NCBI RefSeq assembly: GCF_006345805.1
Contig: NC_042999.1
Span: 56,854,001 to 56,918,000, forward strand
Direction: 5' to 3'
DNA: 64,000 nt
Source: Octopus sinensis
Lineage: Eukaryota
A model generated the notes under the pieces. The model was not told the origin of the DNA, did not search any database, and was given only the letters and a program-made list of their open reading frames with translations. The position numbers and the translations under genes were made by a program. Below, piece after piece: positions 28,372-39,852 of this stretch. Every line of letters begins with the position of its first letter. Positions within the stretch are counted from its first letter, which is position 1.

Positions 28372-29923
28372 GTTTAAATATTTGTTGTGCAAGATTTTTT
28401 ATGTGAAGTCGTGTGTGTTGAAACAGATATTGTTATATTTCGGAATGGTCATATTGCCAGTTTAGCCAATAAAAAACACACGCACTATATATTTGGTGTT
28501 ATTTTGCTTCAGTGATATTTATTTTTTACATTAATCTTAATCTTATTTCGGCCAAAGTTCTTTCGTCACACTCCTGTGACCGCATCAGTGGTCCTTTGTT
28601 TCTTCTCACTTACTTGTGTCTCTCCTTACTATCCGTCAGCCATTTTGTATTTCTATTGTATGTCTTCATTTGCGCATGCTTATATCTCTATGTGCGTCTA
28701 TGTTTATTTAGTGTGTGTGTGGGGGGGATGCCTGTAATATTTTGTATCTTCTGGTTATATACATTCTTGTATTTTTGTAATTTGTTTTTGTTTTTGTTGT
28801 TTGCTTTTGTTCTAATTTTGTTCATGTGTTTACATCCACCCATTATTATTACATATGCTTGTATGTATGTATAACAACAATATTAGTAATAATAATAATA
28901 AATCTAATCGAAAAAAAATAAATAAATAAATAAATAAAAAGAATATACATATATATATACATACATATACACATATATATATATACATATATACACACAT
29001 ATATACACATATACATATACACATATATACACATATACATATATATAGATATTCATTTTTATTTCTTTCATTACCTGTGTATTTATTATGTTTGCAGGAT
29101 CCACCATTGTCATATGTTGTGGTGTGCGCTATTGCTCCATTCTAGTTTCTATTCAGGCTAGGTTTATTTTCTATTATATGTGTAGCTTCTGTAATTTGTC
29201 TAATTGTTGCATCTGTTCTATGTGTGGACAATATCTTAATCTCTATGTTATTGATTGATCCCCCGTGTTCTTGTTCGGCGTGTTGGTACAGAATCGATGC
29301 GCTTTTACCTTCCTTGAGTGTCTCCAATGTTCATTCACCCGCTCACCAATGCTTCTTGCAGTTTCCCCTACGTATGTTACTGTCTTGTTACTGCATCGTC
29401 CCTCTATACATCTTATACTATAGACCACATTTCTGGCTTTACAGTTCGTTTGTGGGCTAAATCTACATACAGTGCAATAGTATCCGTACAGAGAGTTCTA
29501 CTAAAAGGATAGCTTCTACCAATTATAGATCTGATAGGGTTGCCTGGCTTTTCAACAACCATAATTCTTAGTTTAAGTTTATCTAGGGTCCTTCTAAAGC
29601 GGTTACGCTAGTTCACCTCCAGGGGTGGTGTCAACGAACATGACACTCTGGTATTTATGGCTATCATACCAAGAGTTGGCCTTCCCTATTTCTTTTTTGT
29701 CCTTTCTATAGTGTTCCATGACTTGTTCCTATAGAGTGGGCAATCCCATTCCTATCATTACATAATATATTATCAAATTCTTCATGGCTCCTTTGTATAC
29801 TCTGATCCTTTCTTTATGGCTGTAACCTGAAACTGCATGCGGTGAATGAAATACTGTATGTGTCTCTTAATTCTGTAGGCTCGCACATGCGTGACACATT
29901 TCTCATTATTCTGACGAGGTCTG
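28372..29923 (-). mobile_element. 5'-truncated Penelope-like element (Neptune-like): RT thumb region, Cys-rich linker, GIY-YIG and 3' region; frameshifted
   Basis: Piecing minus frames together gives ADLVRIMRNVS...RMQF.GYSHKERIRVYKG...PLYRNKSW...SVMFVDTTPGGELA...IMVVEKPGNPIRSIIGRSYPF...YVGETARS. Confidence 0.85.
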
Positions 29924-30339
29924 CTATCAGATCTATAATTGGTAGAAGCTATCCTTTTAGTAGAACTCTCTGTACGGATAACTATTGCACTGTATGTAGA
30001 TTTAGCCCACAAACGAACTGTAAAGCCAGAAATGTGGTCTATAGTATAAGATGTATAGAGGGACGATGCAGTAACAAGACAGTAACATACGTAGGGGAAA
30101 CTGCAAGAAGCATTGGTGAGCGGGTGAATGAACATTGGAGACAACTCAAGGAAGGTAAAAGCGCATCGATTCTGTACCAACACGCCGAACAAGAACACGG
30201 GGGATCAATCAATAACATAGAGATTAAGATATTGTCCACACATAGAACAGATGCAACAATTAGACAAATTACAGAAGCTACACATATAATAGAAAATAAA
30301 CCTAGCCTGAATAGAAAACTAGAATGGAGCAAGCAATAG
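29924..30339 (+). pseudogene. PLE GIY-YIG endonuclease domain, open frame but lacking its N-terminus
   Basis: LCTDNYCTVC...NCKARNVVYSIRC...C...TYVGETARSIGERVNEH...RQITEATHI...PSLN contains the VY/YVG, R and E catalytic positions, preceded by a Cys cluster. Confidence 0.85.
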
Positions 30340-30877
30340 CGCACACCACAACATATGACAATGGTGGATCCTGCAAACATAATAAATACACAGGTAATGA
30401 GAAGAAATAAAAATGAATATCTATATATATGTATATGTGTATATATGTGTATATGTATATGTGTATATATGTGTGTATATATGTATATATATATATGTGT
30501 ATATGTATGTATATTATATAGTATATTCTTTTTATTTATTTATTTATTTATTTTTTTTTCGATTAGATTTATTATATTATTACTAATATGTTGTTATACA
30601 TACATACAAGCATATGTAATGATAATAATGGGTGGATGTAAACACATGAACAAAATTAGAACAAAAGCAACAACAACAAAAACAAAATACAAATTACAAG
30701 AATGTATAATAGAAGATAAAGATACAAAATATACAGGCATCCCCCCCACCACACACACACTAAATAAACATAGACGCACATAGAGATATAAGCATGCGCA
30801 AATGAAGACATACAATAGAAATACAAAATGGCTGACGGATAGTAAGGAGAGACACAAGTAAGTGAGAAGAAAACAAA

Positions 30878-30922
30878 GGACCACTGATGCGGTCACAGGA
30901 GTGTGACGAAAGAACTTTGGCC
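30878..30922 (+). ncRNA. Hammerhead-like motif with a variant core in the PLE 3' region (mirror copy at 28550-28594, minus)
   Basis: GGACCA-CUGAUGCG-GUCAC-AGGAGU-GUGAC-GAAA-GAACU-U-UGGCC: perfect 5-bp helix II, non-canonical position 9. Confidence 0.4.
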
Positions 30923-31039
30923 GAAATAAGATTAAGATTAATGTAAAAAATAAATATCACTGAAGCAAAATAACACCAAATATATAGTGCGTGTGTTTTT
31001 ATTGGCTAAACTGGCAATATGACCATTCCGAAATATAAC

Positions 31040-31104
31040 AATATGTATATATATATATATATATATATAGATGTGTATATATATGTATATATATATATAT
31101 ATAG

Positions 31105-31135
<31 letters not shown>

Positions 31136-31202
31136 GATGTGTATATATATATATAATATATATATGTATTATAATATATATATTATATTGTATATATATA
31201 TA

Positions 31203-31233
<31 letters not shown>

Positions 31234-31257
31234 ATATATATGTATATTATATGTATG

Positions 31258-31321
<64 letters not shown>

Positions 31322-31430
31322 GTATATCATCATCATCATTAGCATATATATATATATATATGTATATATATATGTATATGTATATATTATGTATATATAT
31401 ATATGTATATATATATGTATATATATATAT
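31040..31430. repeat. Degenerate (TA)n microsatellite
   Basis: Directly visible. Confidence 0.95.
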
Positions 31431-31431
31431 A

Positions 31432-31900
31432 TGTAGGTCCCGGGTTGAGTCGGGGTTAACCACAGTAGTAAAATAAGGTACTCAATACATAGCAGAGTAA
31501 ATTAATTTATTTTATAGAAGGAGCTTCTACAGGACTAGAACTGTTTCACTCAAAAGAAATCATCAGGAAGCTAGGTGACAAGAATAGTTTTGGTATTTAT
31601 ACACTTAGGCAGGCTTAAGGGGTGGTGGTGGGGGACTTTTTGGGGTAGGCATGGCGCAAACTATCATTCTTAGGGGAGTGGTCAAAGGAATCAGTGATAA
31701 AGTAGATAAAAGAATAAATAGAATAATAGAGTTTACATACACATACCCACATACATCCATATACACATGTACATATACATTTACATACATCTACGTACTC
31801 ACCCATACCCATACTCATACATACACACAAATATCTACACACATATATATGTAAAATAAATAAATAAATATAAAAGAGGATATACACCCCCATACACACA
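31432..31900 (-). mobile_element. PLE terminal-repeat-like fragment (inverted partial copy at 35745-35983; short piece at 11590-11647)
   Basis: Three related pieces occur in the window, each bounded by TA tracts, and the fragment carries a hammerhead. Confidence 0.6.
31522..31572 (-). ncRNA. Type I hammerhead ribozyme motif, sense to the host pre-mRNA
   Basis: AGCUUC-CUGAUGA-UUUCUUUUGAGU-GAAA-CAG(UUCUAGUC)CUG-UA-GAAGCU: 6-bp helix I, GUA triplet, weak helix II. Confidence 0.7.
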
Positions 31901-31964
31901 CGCTCACATATCCATATATATATATATATATACACACATTCATACACACATATATATATATATA

Positions 31965-32006
31965 TATCAACAATTGAGGGTAAAATTATACCCTCAATTG
32001 TTGATA
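31965..32006. repeat. Perfect 18-bp-stem hairpin next to a (TA)n tract
   Basis: tatcaacaattgagggta-aaatta-taccctcaattgttgata. Confidence 0.95.
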
Positions 32007-32224
32007 TTATAATTCATTTCTCTCGGTCATACTGCCTCGGTTCTCGCGGTTAAAATATAATGTTTGCTAGATAGACCACGTGGGTGGAAGGGGAGTGCAG
32101 AAATTTACGCCTGCGCATTTTGAATTTGTTGACACTGTTAGTTGGAGTGGTTCATCTGAAGCGACAAGTTTGCTGATAGGTAAAGTTCCTTCTTTTTAGT
32201 GTTTCCAAATCCAAATTAAGAAAT

Positions 32225-32287
32225 TTTGAGCTGACGAAAGAAATGCTGATTTTATTTGGCTAATCTTGAAACGTTGACGTACTCAAA
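32225..32287 (+). ncRNA. Canonical type I hammerhead ribozyme motif
   Basis: UUUGAG-CUGACGA-AAG[AAAU GCUGA UUUUAU UUGGC UAAU]CUU-GAAA-CG(UUGA)CG-UA-CUCAAA: all core nucleotides and three helices are present, GUA triplet. Confidence 0.78.
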
Positions 32288-32479
32288 CGATCTATGTACT
32301 TGTGATATTTTTCTGTATTTACCTCCAAACCTTCGTGAGCTGTCTGGAGTAAGCATTATCTGAGAGAAATTTTTCTTTAAGTAGTAGAAACGCTAAGAAA
32401 ATTTTTCTTGGCTGCTATTTCTACTAAGTTCAGTATGTGGCAAAGTAATTTATTTTACTAAGCCCTAATTATATAATAT

Positions 32480-34595
32480 CATCATCATCATCATCATCAT
32501 TTAGCGTCCGTTTTCCATGCTAGCATGGGTTGGACGGTTCAACTGGGGTCTGGGGAGCCCGAAGGCTGCACCAGGCCAGTCAGATCTGGCAGTGTTTCTA
32601 CAGCTGGATGCCCTTCCTAACGCCAACCACTCCGAGAGTGTAGTGGGTGATTTTATGTGCCACCGACACAGGTGCCAGACGAGGCTGGCGAACGGCCACG
32701 CTCGGATGGTGTTTTTATGTGCCACCGACACAGGTTGCCAGACAAGGCTGGCAGACGGCCACGCTCGGATGGTGTTTTTATGTGCCACCGACACAGGTGC
32801 CAGATGAGGCTGGCGGACGGCCACGATCGGATGGTGTTTGTTACGTCCCCAAAGCACAGAGGCAGTCTATGCGGTACTGGCTACGGCCACGTTCGGATGA
32901 TTTTCTGTTGTGCCACGGCCTTGGTACCACAAAGATACAAATTCCATTGATGCTCATCTATTTTGATTTGTTTTGATTTGATTTGATTTTCACTTGCCTC
33001 AACAGGTCTTCACAAGTGTCACAAGAAGGAAGGTATGCACAGGTGGACTGACTACGTCCCAGGTAGGGGCCACAGGTTATGGTCTGACTAGTCTTGCAGG
33101 GTCTTCGGATGGTGTTTTTATGTGCCACCGACTCAGGTGCCAGATGAGGCTGGCGAACGGCCACGATCGGATGGTGTTTGTTGCGTGCCCACAGCACGGA
33201 GGCCAGTCGATGCGGTACTGGCTACGGCCACGTTCGGATGGTTTTCTTGTGTGCCACCGGCACTGGTACCACAAAGATACAAATTCCATTGATGTTCATC
33301 TATTTTGATTTGATTTGATTTGATTTTCACTTGCCTCAACAGGTCTTCACAGGTCTTCACAAGTGTCACAAGAAGGAAGGAAGGTATGCACAGGTGGACT
33401 GACTACGTCCCAAGTAGGGGCCACGGGTTATGGCCTGACTAGTCTTGCCGGGTCTTCGGTTGGTGTTTTTATGTGCCACCGACACAGGTGCCAGATGAGG
33501 CTGGCGGACGGCCACGATCGGATGGTGTTTGTTATGTGCCCACATCACAGAGGCCAGTCGATGCGGTACTGGCTACGGCCACGTTCGGATGGTTTTCTTG
33601 TGTGCCACCGGTACTGGTACCACAAAGATACAAATTCCATTGATGTTCATCTATTGTTTTTGGTTTGATTGATTTGATTTGATTTGATTTGATTTGATTT
33701 TCACTTGCCTCAACAGGTCTACACAAGTGTCACACACTTGCCTCAACAGGTCTTCACAAGTGTCATAAGTAGGAAGGTATGCACAGGTGGACTGACTACG
33801 TCGCCGGGTCTTCGGATGGTGTTTTTATGTGCCACCGACACAGGTGCCAGATGTGGCTGGCGAACGGCCACGATCGGATGGTTTTCTTGTGTGCCACCGG
33901 TACTGGAACCACAAAGATACAAATTCCATTGATGTTCATCTATTTTGATTTGGTTTGATTTTCACTTGCCTCAACAGGTCTTCACAAGTGTCACACGTGT
34001 CACACACACTTGCCTCAACAGGTCTCCACAAGTGTCACACACTTGCCTCTGCCTCAACAGGTCTTCACAAAGTGTCATACACTTGCCTCTGCCTCAACAG
34101 GTCTTCACAAGTGTCACACACTTGCCTCAACAGGTCTTCACAAGTGTCATAAGAGGGAAGGTATGCACAGGTGGACTGACTACGTCGCGGGTCTTCGGAT
34201 GGTGTTTTTATGTGCCACCGACACAGGTGCCAGATGAGGCTGGCGAACGGCCACGATCAGATGGTGTTTGTTGTGCCCACAGCACGGAGGCCAGTCGATG
34301 CAGTACTGGCTACGGCCACGTTCGGATGGTTTTCTTGTGTGCCACCGGTACTGGAACCACAAAGATACAAATTCCATTGATGTTCATCTATTTTGATTTG
34401 GTTTGATTGATTTGATTTTCACTTGCCTCAACAGGTCTTCACAAGGGTCACACACTTGCCTCAACAGGTCTCCACAAGTGTCACACACTTGCCTCTGCCT
34501 CAACAGGTCTTCACAAGTGTCACACACTTGCCTCAACAGGTCTTCACAAGTGTCATAAGAGGGAAGGTATGCACAGGTGGACTGACTACGTCCCA

Positions 34596-34598
<3 letters not shown>
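32480..34598 (-). repeat. Tandem array of RTE 3'UTR modules (5 units, ~290-450 bp, with nested ~62-bp and ~30-bp subrepeats)
   Basis: gatacaaattccattgatg recurs at ~32934, 33274, 33627, 33916 and 34364; there is a single (ATC)n tail at ~32480. Confidence 0.88.
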
Positions 34599-34637
<39 letters not shown>

Positions 34638-34798
34638 AATGAGATAGGGGTTGAAAATTCAACCCACCATGGGATAACATATATCCAATATACTGCTAGA
34701 TAGGTACCCAACAAGACTAATACATAGATGTTAAAAATTGCCAAACAATCAGTTCATCTATTGTATTAGGATGGACTTGGTGCAAACATAACTGTATC

Positions 34799-34829
<31 letters not shown>

Positions 34830-35169
34830 ATTAATAGTAATTTTTATTGACTTTTATAGCTTTATAATTTTATGAACTGAACCATGGTTTTAATTATTAT
34901 TATTATTTTTCATCTCCCTATGTGTTAGTTTTTTAAAACTATTAGCCAAATATGTATAATAACTGTGCTTATTAATATTAATATATACACTGATATATAT
35001 TTTGTTTTATTTTGTTCTGTTTACCTTGCATTATTGTACCAATGAGTATTATATTATATAAGTGTAGCATTATGAAGTTTATGCATAAGTTTTTATATTT
35101 TACATTTTTATATTTTTATATTTATATGTATATGGAAAAATAAATTTTTTTCACAATTATAACAAATTT

Positions 35170-35285
35170 AATTCTCTGAAGAGGCCGTGGGGCATCCTTG
35201 TTAATGCCTCATTTATACTTACCTTTATGGCTTATAGGTTAAATGAGGTATGACTGCCCTCGCTGCCGAAACAGCTGTCAGATTT
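35170..35285 (+). ncRNA. Minimal type I hammerhead with a ~85-nt extended helix II
   Basis: AAUUCU-CUGAAGA-GGC[...]GCC-GAAA-CAGCUG-UC-AGAUUU: palindromic CAGCUG helix III, GUC triplet, and an insert that folds as a long hairpin. Confidence 0.72.
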
Positions 35286-35468
35286 GATTTAATTACATAT
35301 TATATTTGAAATTTTATACTTATATCTCTTTGTCTATTTACATTTACTGTATATTTTGTATAATGCCTTTACTGATATGTAATGGTGTAATAAAGTATTG
35401 ATTGGGTATCATCTGATAGTTGATGTTTTATTGATTTAAGTATGTTTCTCCATTTTCTAATTTTGTAG

Positions 35469-35503
<35 letters not shown>

Positions 35504-36010
35504 TATACATACATACACATATATATATTGTTTTTATTTGACCTCGACCAACGAAGCCGACACAGAGGTAGGTTTCTCCCAAGGGAGCTTGCTTAGCTGG
35601 CTTAAAAAACCATTTATTGCCCCTCTACATTCCCTTCTATCTTTCTACCCACTGATACGAACACAAACACTCACACACACACACACACTCACACGCACAC
35701 TCATACACATACACAGACGCACGTGTTATATTCATACATACATATGTGTACCGACTAAGTGTACATGTGTATATGGATGTATGTGGGTATGTGTATGTAA
35801 ACTCTATTATTCTATTTATTCTTTTATCTACTTTATCACTGATTCCTTTGACCACTCCCCTAAGAATGATAGTTTGCGCCATGCCTACCCCAAAAAGTCC
35901 CCCACCACCACCCCTTAAACCTGCCTAAGTGTATAAATGCCAAAACTATTCTTGTCACCTAGCTTCCTGATGATTTCTTTTATAATATATATATATCTAT
36001 ATATATATAT

Positions 36011-37375
36011 AGAAACTCTATAAGATGCACCAAGTGTAAGCTATGGACACATAAGAGATGCAGCAATGTCAAAGGAAGGCTAACTAGGAAGATGGTTTTT
36101 GTATGTGGCAGATGCTCAGGAACAATAAACACTGAAAATGCTCTGAGACCAACTTCCGTCACTTTCCAGGGAGAAAAACTAGAAATAGTTGATAGTTTCC
36201 GTTACCTAGGTGGCCAAGTCAGCAGCGGGGGTGGGTGTGCTGAAAGTGTAACTGCTAGAGTAAGAATAGCTTGGGCAAAGTTCAGAGAGCTCTTACCTCT
36301 GCTGGTGACAAAAGGCCTCTCGCACAGAGTGAAAGGCAGACTGTATGATGCGTGTGTACGAACAGCCATGCTACATGGCAGTGAAACATGGGCCGTGACT
36401 GCTGAGGATATGCGTAAGCTCGCTAGAATGAAGCCAGTATGCTCCGATGGATGTGTAATGCCGGTACTCACACTCGGCAGAGTGTAGTACCTTGAGAGAA
36501 AAGCTGGACCTAAGAAGCATCAGTTGTGGTGTGCAAGAGAGACGTTTGCGCTGGTATGGTCATGTGGCGAGAATGGATGAAGATAGTTGTGTGAAAAAGT
36601 GCCACACCCTAGCGGTTGAGGGAACCTGTGGAAGAGGCAGACCCAGGAAAACCTGGGACGAGGTGGTGAAGCACGACCTTCGAACTTTAGGTCTCACTGA
36701 GGAAATGACTAGAGACCGAGACCTCTGGAAGTGTGCTGTGCGCGAGAAGACCCGGCAGGACAAGTGAGTCCACAACCCGTGGCCTTCTACATGGGATGGA
36801 GCCAGCTTACGTATGCATACCTTCCCTTCTTGGGACACAAAACTCTACTTGTGAAGACGTGTTGAGGCAAGTGAGGATCAGAATCGAAATCGATCAATGG
36901 AAATTGCGGATGTGCTACCAGTGCCGGTGGCATGTCGAAACTCTGCTTGTGAAGACCCATTGAGGCAAGTGAGGATCAGAATCGAAATCGATCAATGGAA
37001 ATCGATCAATGGAAATTGCAGATGTGTTACCAGTGCCGGTGGCATGTAAGAGAACTTTCCGTTTCGCGACCGTTGCCAGCACCGCCCCGTTTCGTGTCCG
37101 TTGCCAGCCTCGCCTGGCCCTCGTGCCGGTGGCACATAAAAAGCACCATCCGTTCGTGGCCGTTTGCCAGCTCTGTCTGGCACCAGTGCGGGTGGCACGT
37201 AAAAAGCACCCACTACACTCACGGAGTGGTTGGCGTTAGGAAGGGCATCCAGCCGTAGAAACACTGCCAGATTTGACTGGGCCTGATGAAGCCTTCTGGC
37301 TTCACAGACCCCAGTAGAACCGTCCAACCCATGCTAGCATGGAAAACGGACGCTAAATGATGATGATGATGATGA

Positions 37376-37378
<3 letters not shown>
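36011..37378 (+). mobile_element. RTE-clade LINE, 5'-truncated, with full 3'UTR and (ATG)n tail
   Basis: ORFs 36092-36487 (VDSFRYLG...AWAKFRELLPLL...LYDACVRTAMLHGSETW) and 36492-36767 (RRLRWYGHV.RM...GRGRPRKTW). Confidence 0.92.
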
Positions 37379-37417
<39 letters not shown>

Positions 37418-37418
37418 T

Positions 37419-37479
<61 letters not shown>

Positions 37480-37493
37480 ATATATATATATAT

Positions 37494-37530
<37 letters not shown>

Positions 37531-37745
37531 ATATATATATATAATATATATATATATATATAATATATATATATATAACATATATATATATATATATATG
37601 TATATAGAAAACCGGTTTGAATAAATATATATTTATATATTTTATCAATTTCTCATTTCATAAAAATTTTCTTTCATTTGAGCATTCTGCATTTTTACAA
37701 TTTTTCCTTGCTTATATGTATATATATAGTATATGTATATATATA

Positions 37746-37823
<78 letters not shown>

Positions 37824-37839
37824 ATTTTTAAATAGGTTA

Positions 37840-38712
37840 CATGACCAGAGTATATTTTGTATGAATGTGTCAGTATTTCACTAAAGACTACATGACCATA
37901 GAATATATTCTATGTTTGCGTCTGTGCTTCAACACAGATTATGTGACTGCGAATATATATTTTCTATGTATCTGTTTCTAATTCAATAAAGACTATGTGC
38001 TTGTAAGTCTTTATTTTGTATGTGCTTTTATTCCAATAGATATTATGTGAGTGTAGTTATGGTTCGTATGTATGTCTGCATTTCATTACAGATTACGTAG
38101 CTGTAAGAATATGTTTTGTTTTCGTGTTTGTATTTCAGCATAAATCATTTGGTATCTTCTGCTTGTTTCAATCATTGGATTGCAGTCAAGCTGGGGCACC
38201 ATCTTGAATGGTTTAGTCAGACAAATTAACCTCAGTGCTTTTATTTTTTGCTTTTTTTTTATGAGTTGAGTACATATTCTATCAGTCTCTATTGCCAAAC
38301 CACTAAGTTATGGTGATATAAACAAACCAACACAAGTGTAGTGGTGGAGAACAAACACAAAGCTACACACACACAAACACACACACACACGCACACACTC
38401 ATCCATCCATCCATCCATACATACATACATACATTCATACATACATACATAAATACATACATACATTCATACATACATAAATACATACATACATTCATAC
38501 ATACATACAGACATATGTACATACATACATACATACGTACATACATACATATGTACATACATACATACATACAGACATATGTACATACATACATACATAC
38601 ATAAATACATACATACACACACACACTCACATACATACATACATTCATACATACATACATACATACACACACATACATAAATACATACATACATACACAC
38701 ACACATACATAA

Positions 38713-38743
<31 letters not shown>

Positions 38744-39060
38744 TACATACATACATACATACATACATACACACACAAACACATACATACATTCGTATAA
38801 ATAACAGGCTTTCACAAGTTTCTGTCTACCAAATCAATTCACAAGGCGGTAGTTGTCCTAGGGCTATAGTAGAAGACACTTGTCCAAGGCGCCACTCAGT
38901 GAGACAGAACACAAAATCACATGGTTGCAAAGCGTGATCCTTAACTACACAGCTATGTCTGGTAGTCGTATATTTCTTATGTGTGTTTTTATTTCAGTGT
39001 AGACGATATGACCATAGTATATTTTGTATGTATGTTTCCTGTATTTCATTACAGAATTAT
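37840..39060. repeat. Degenerate ~50-bp minisatellite split by a SINE insertion
   Basis: Units such as catgaccagagtatattttgtatgaatgtgtcagtatttcactaaagacta occur at 37840-38100 and resume at ~38960-39060. Confidence 0.6.
38110..38957 (-). mobile_element. SINE family A with an expanded internal (ACAT)n tract
   Basis: Family core on both sides of a ~400-bp microsatellite. Confidence 0.75.
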
Positions 39061-39852
39061 TTCTAGATGATTGTAAGCATTTATAAGTGATTATATGAGT
39101 TTACAATAGAAGAAATTTGCTAAAGCTGCCATATTGTGTGATCAAACGCATAAGAATGAGGCTGAAAAGCAAATCTTTTCAGCAACCACATAGTGATGCT
39201 TATGCTGATGTTGAAATTGCAATCCAAGCCTACTTGCGACAAAGCCAAAGGAAACTCTGGTTCAAAGCACCTCAATCTAGTGCACATATTTCCTACAGGT
39301 ATTAGTACAAAGAAGTTCAAACCAGATATCAGGAACTTCAGCCTCACAAGGCTGAGCTTCTTCATGGACACTTGATCGGTTAGAAATAATAGCAATTTTC
39401 CTTAAATCCCACATTGATACTTTTAAAAAATGAAGAACATGTTCAATATAGCTCTAGATATCCATAACGATGGAATGATCACAAGTTGAGCACCTTTGAT
39501 AATAGATCTGTTTAGTCAGGGCTGCAAAGAAAACCTTGAGTTCTACCCCATTTCAGACTAATTAATACAAATTAAAGTAAACATTTCTAATGTCGGCACC
39601 AAGCCAGAAATTCATGGGACAGGGAATTAGTCTATCAAATCGACCTTAAGTACTTGACTGGTACTTTGACAACCTGTGAAGGATGAAAGGCAAAATTGAC
39701 CTGGGTGAAATCCAATTCAGAGCGAAGAGAACAAAACAAATTACAGCAAGGCATTCTAGCCAATGCTCTAAAGATTCAGCCACTTCACTGTCTTACTACT
39801 ACTACTACCACTACCACAACCACTACTACTTAATAGTATTAATAAATGCCCT

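Larger units (their letters stand above)
29924..31044 (+). mobile_element. Inverted partial copy of the same PLE (GIY-YIG plus 3' region)
   Basis: Reverse complement of 28427-29537, with small indels between the arms. Confidence 0.9.

Noticed and set aside
32480-34598. Regular repeat-spacer appearance suggestive of a CRISPR array
   Set aside because: The context is eukaryotic, the intervening sequences are themselves repeated, the units derive from an RTE 3'UTR, and there are no cas genes.
39120-39420. Coding-like composition, possible old transposase
   Set aside because: All frames are interrupted and I recognise no motif with confidence.
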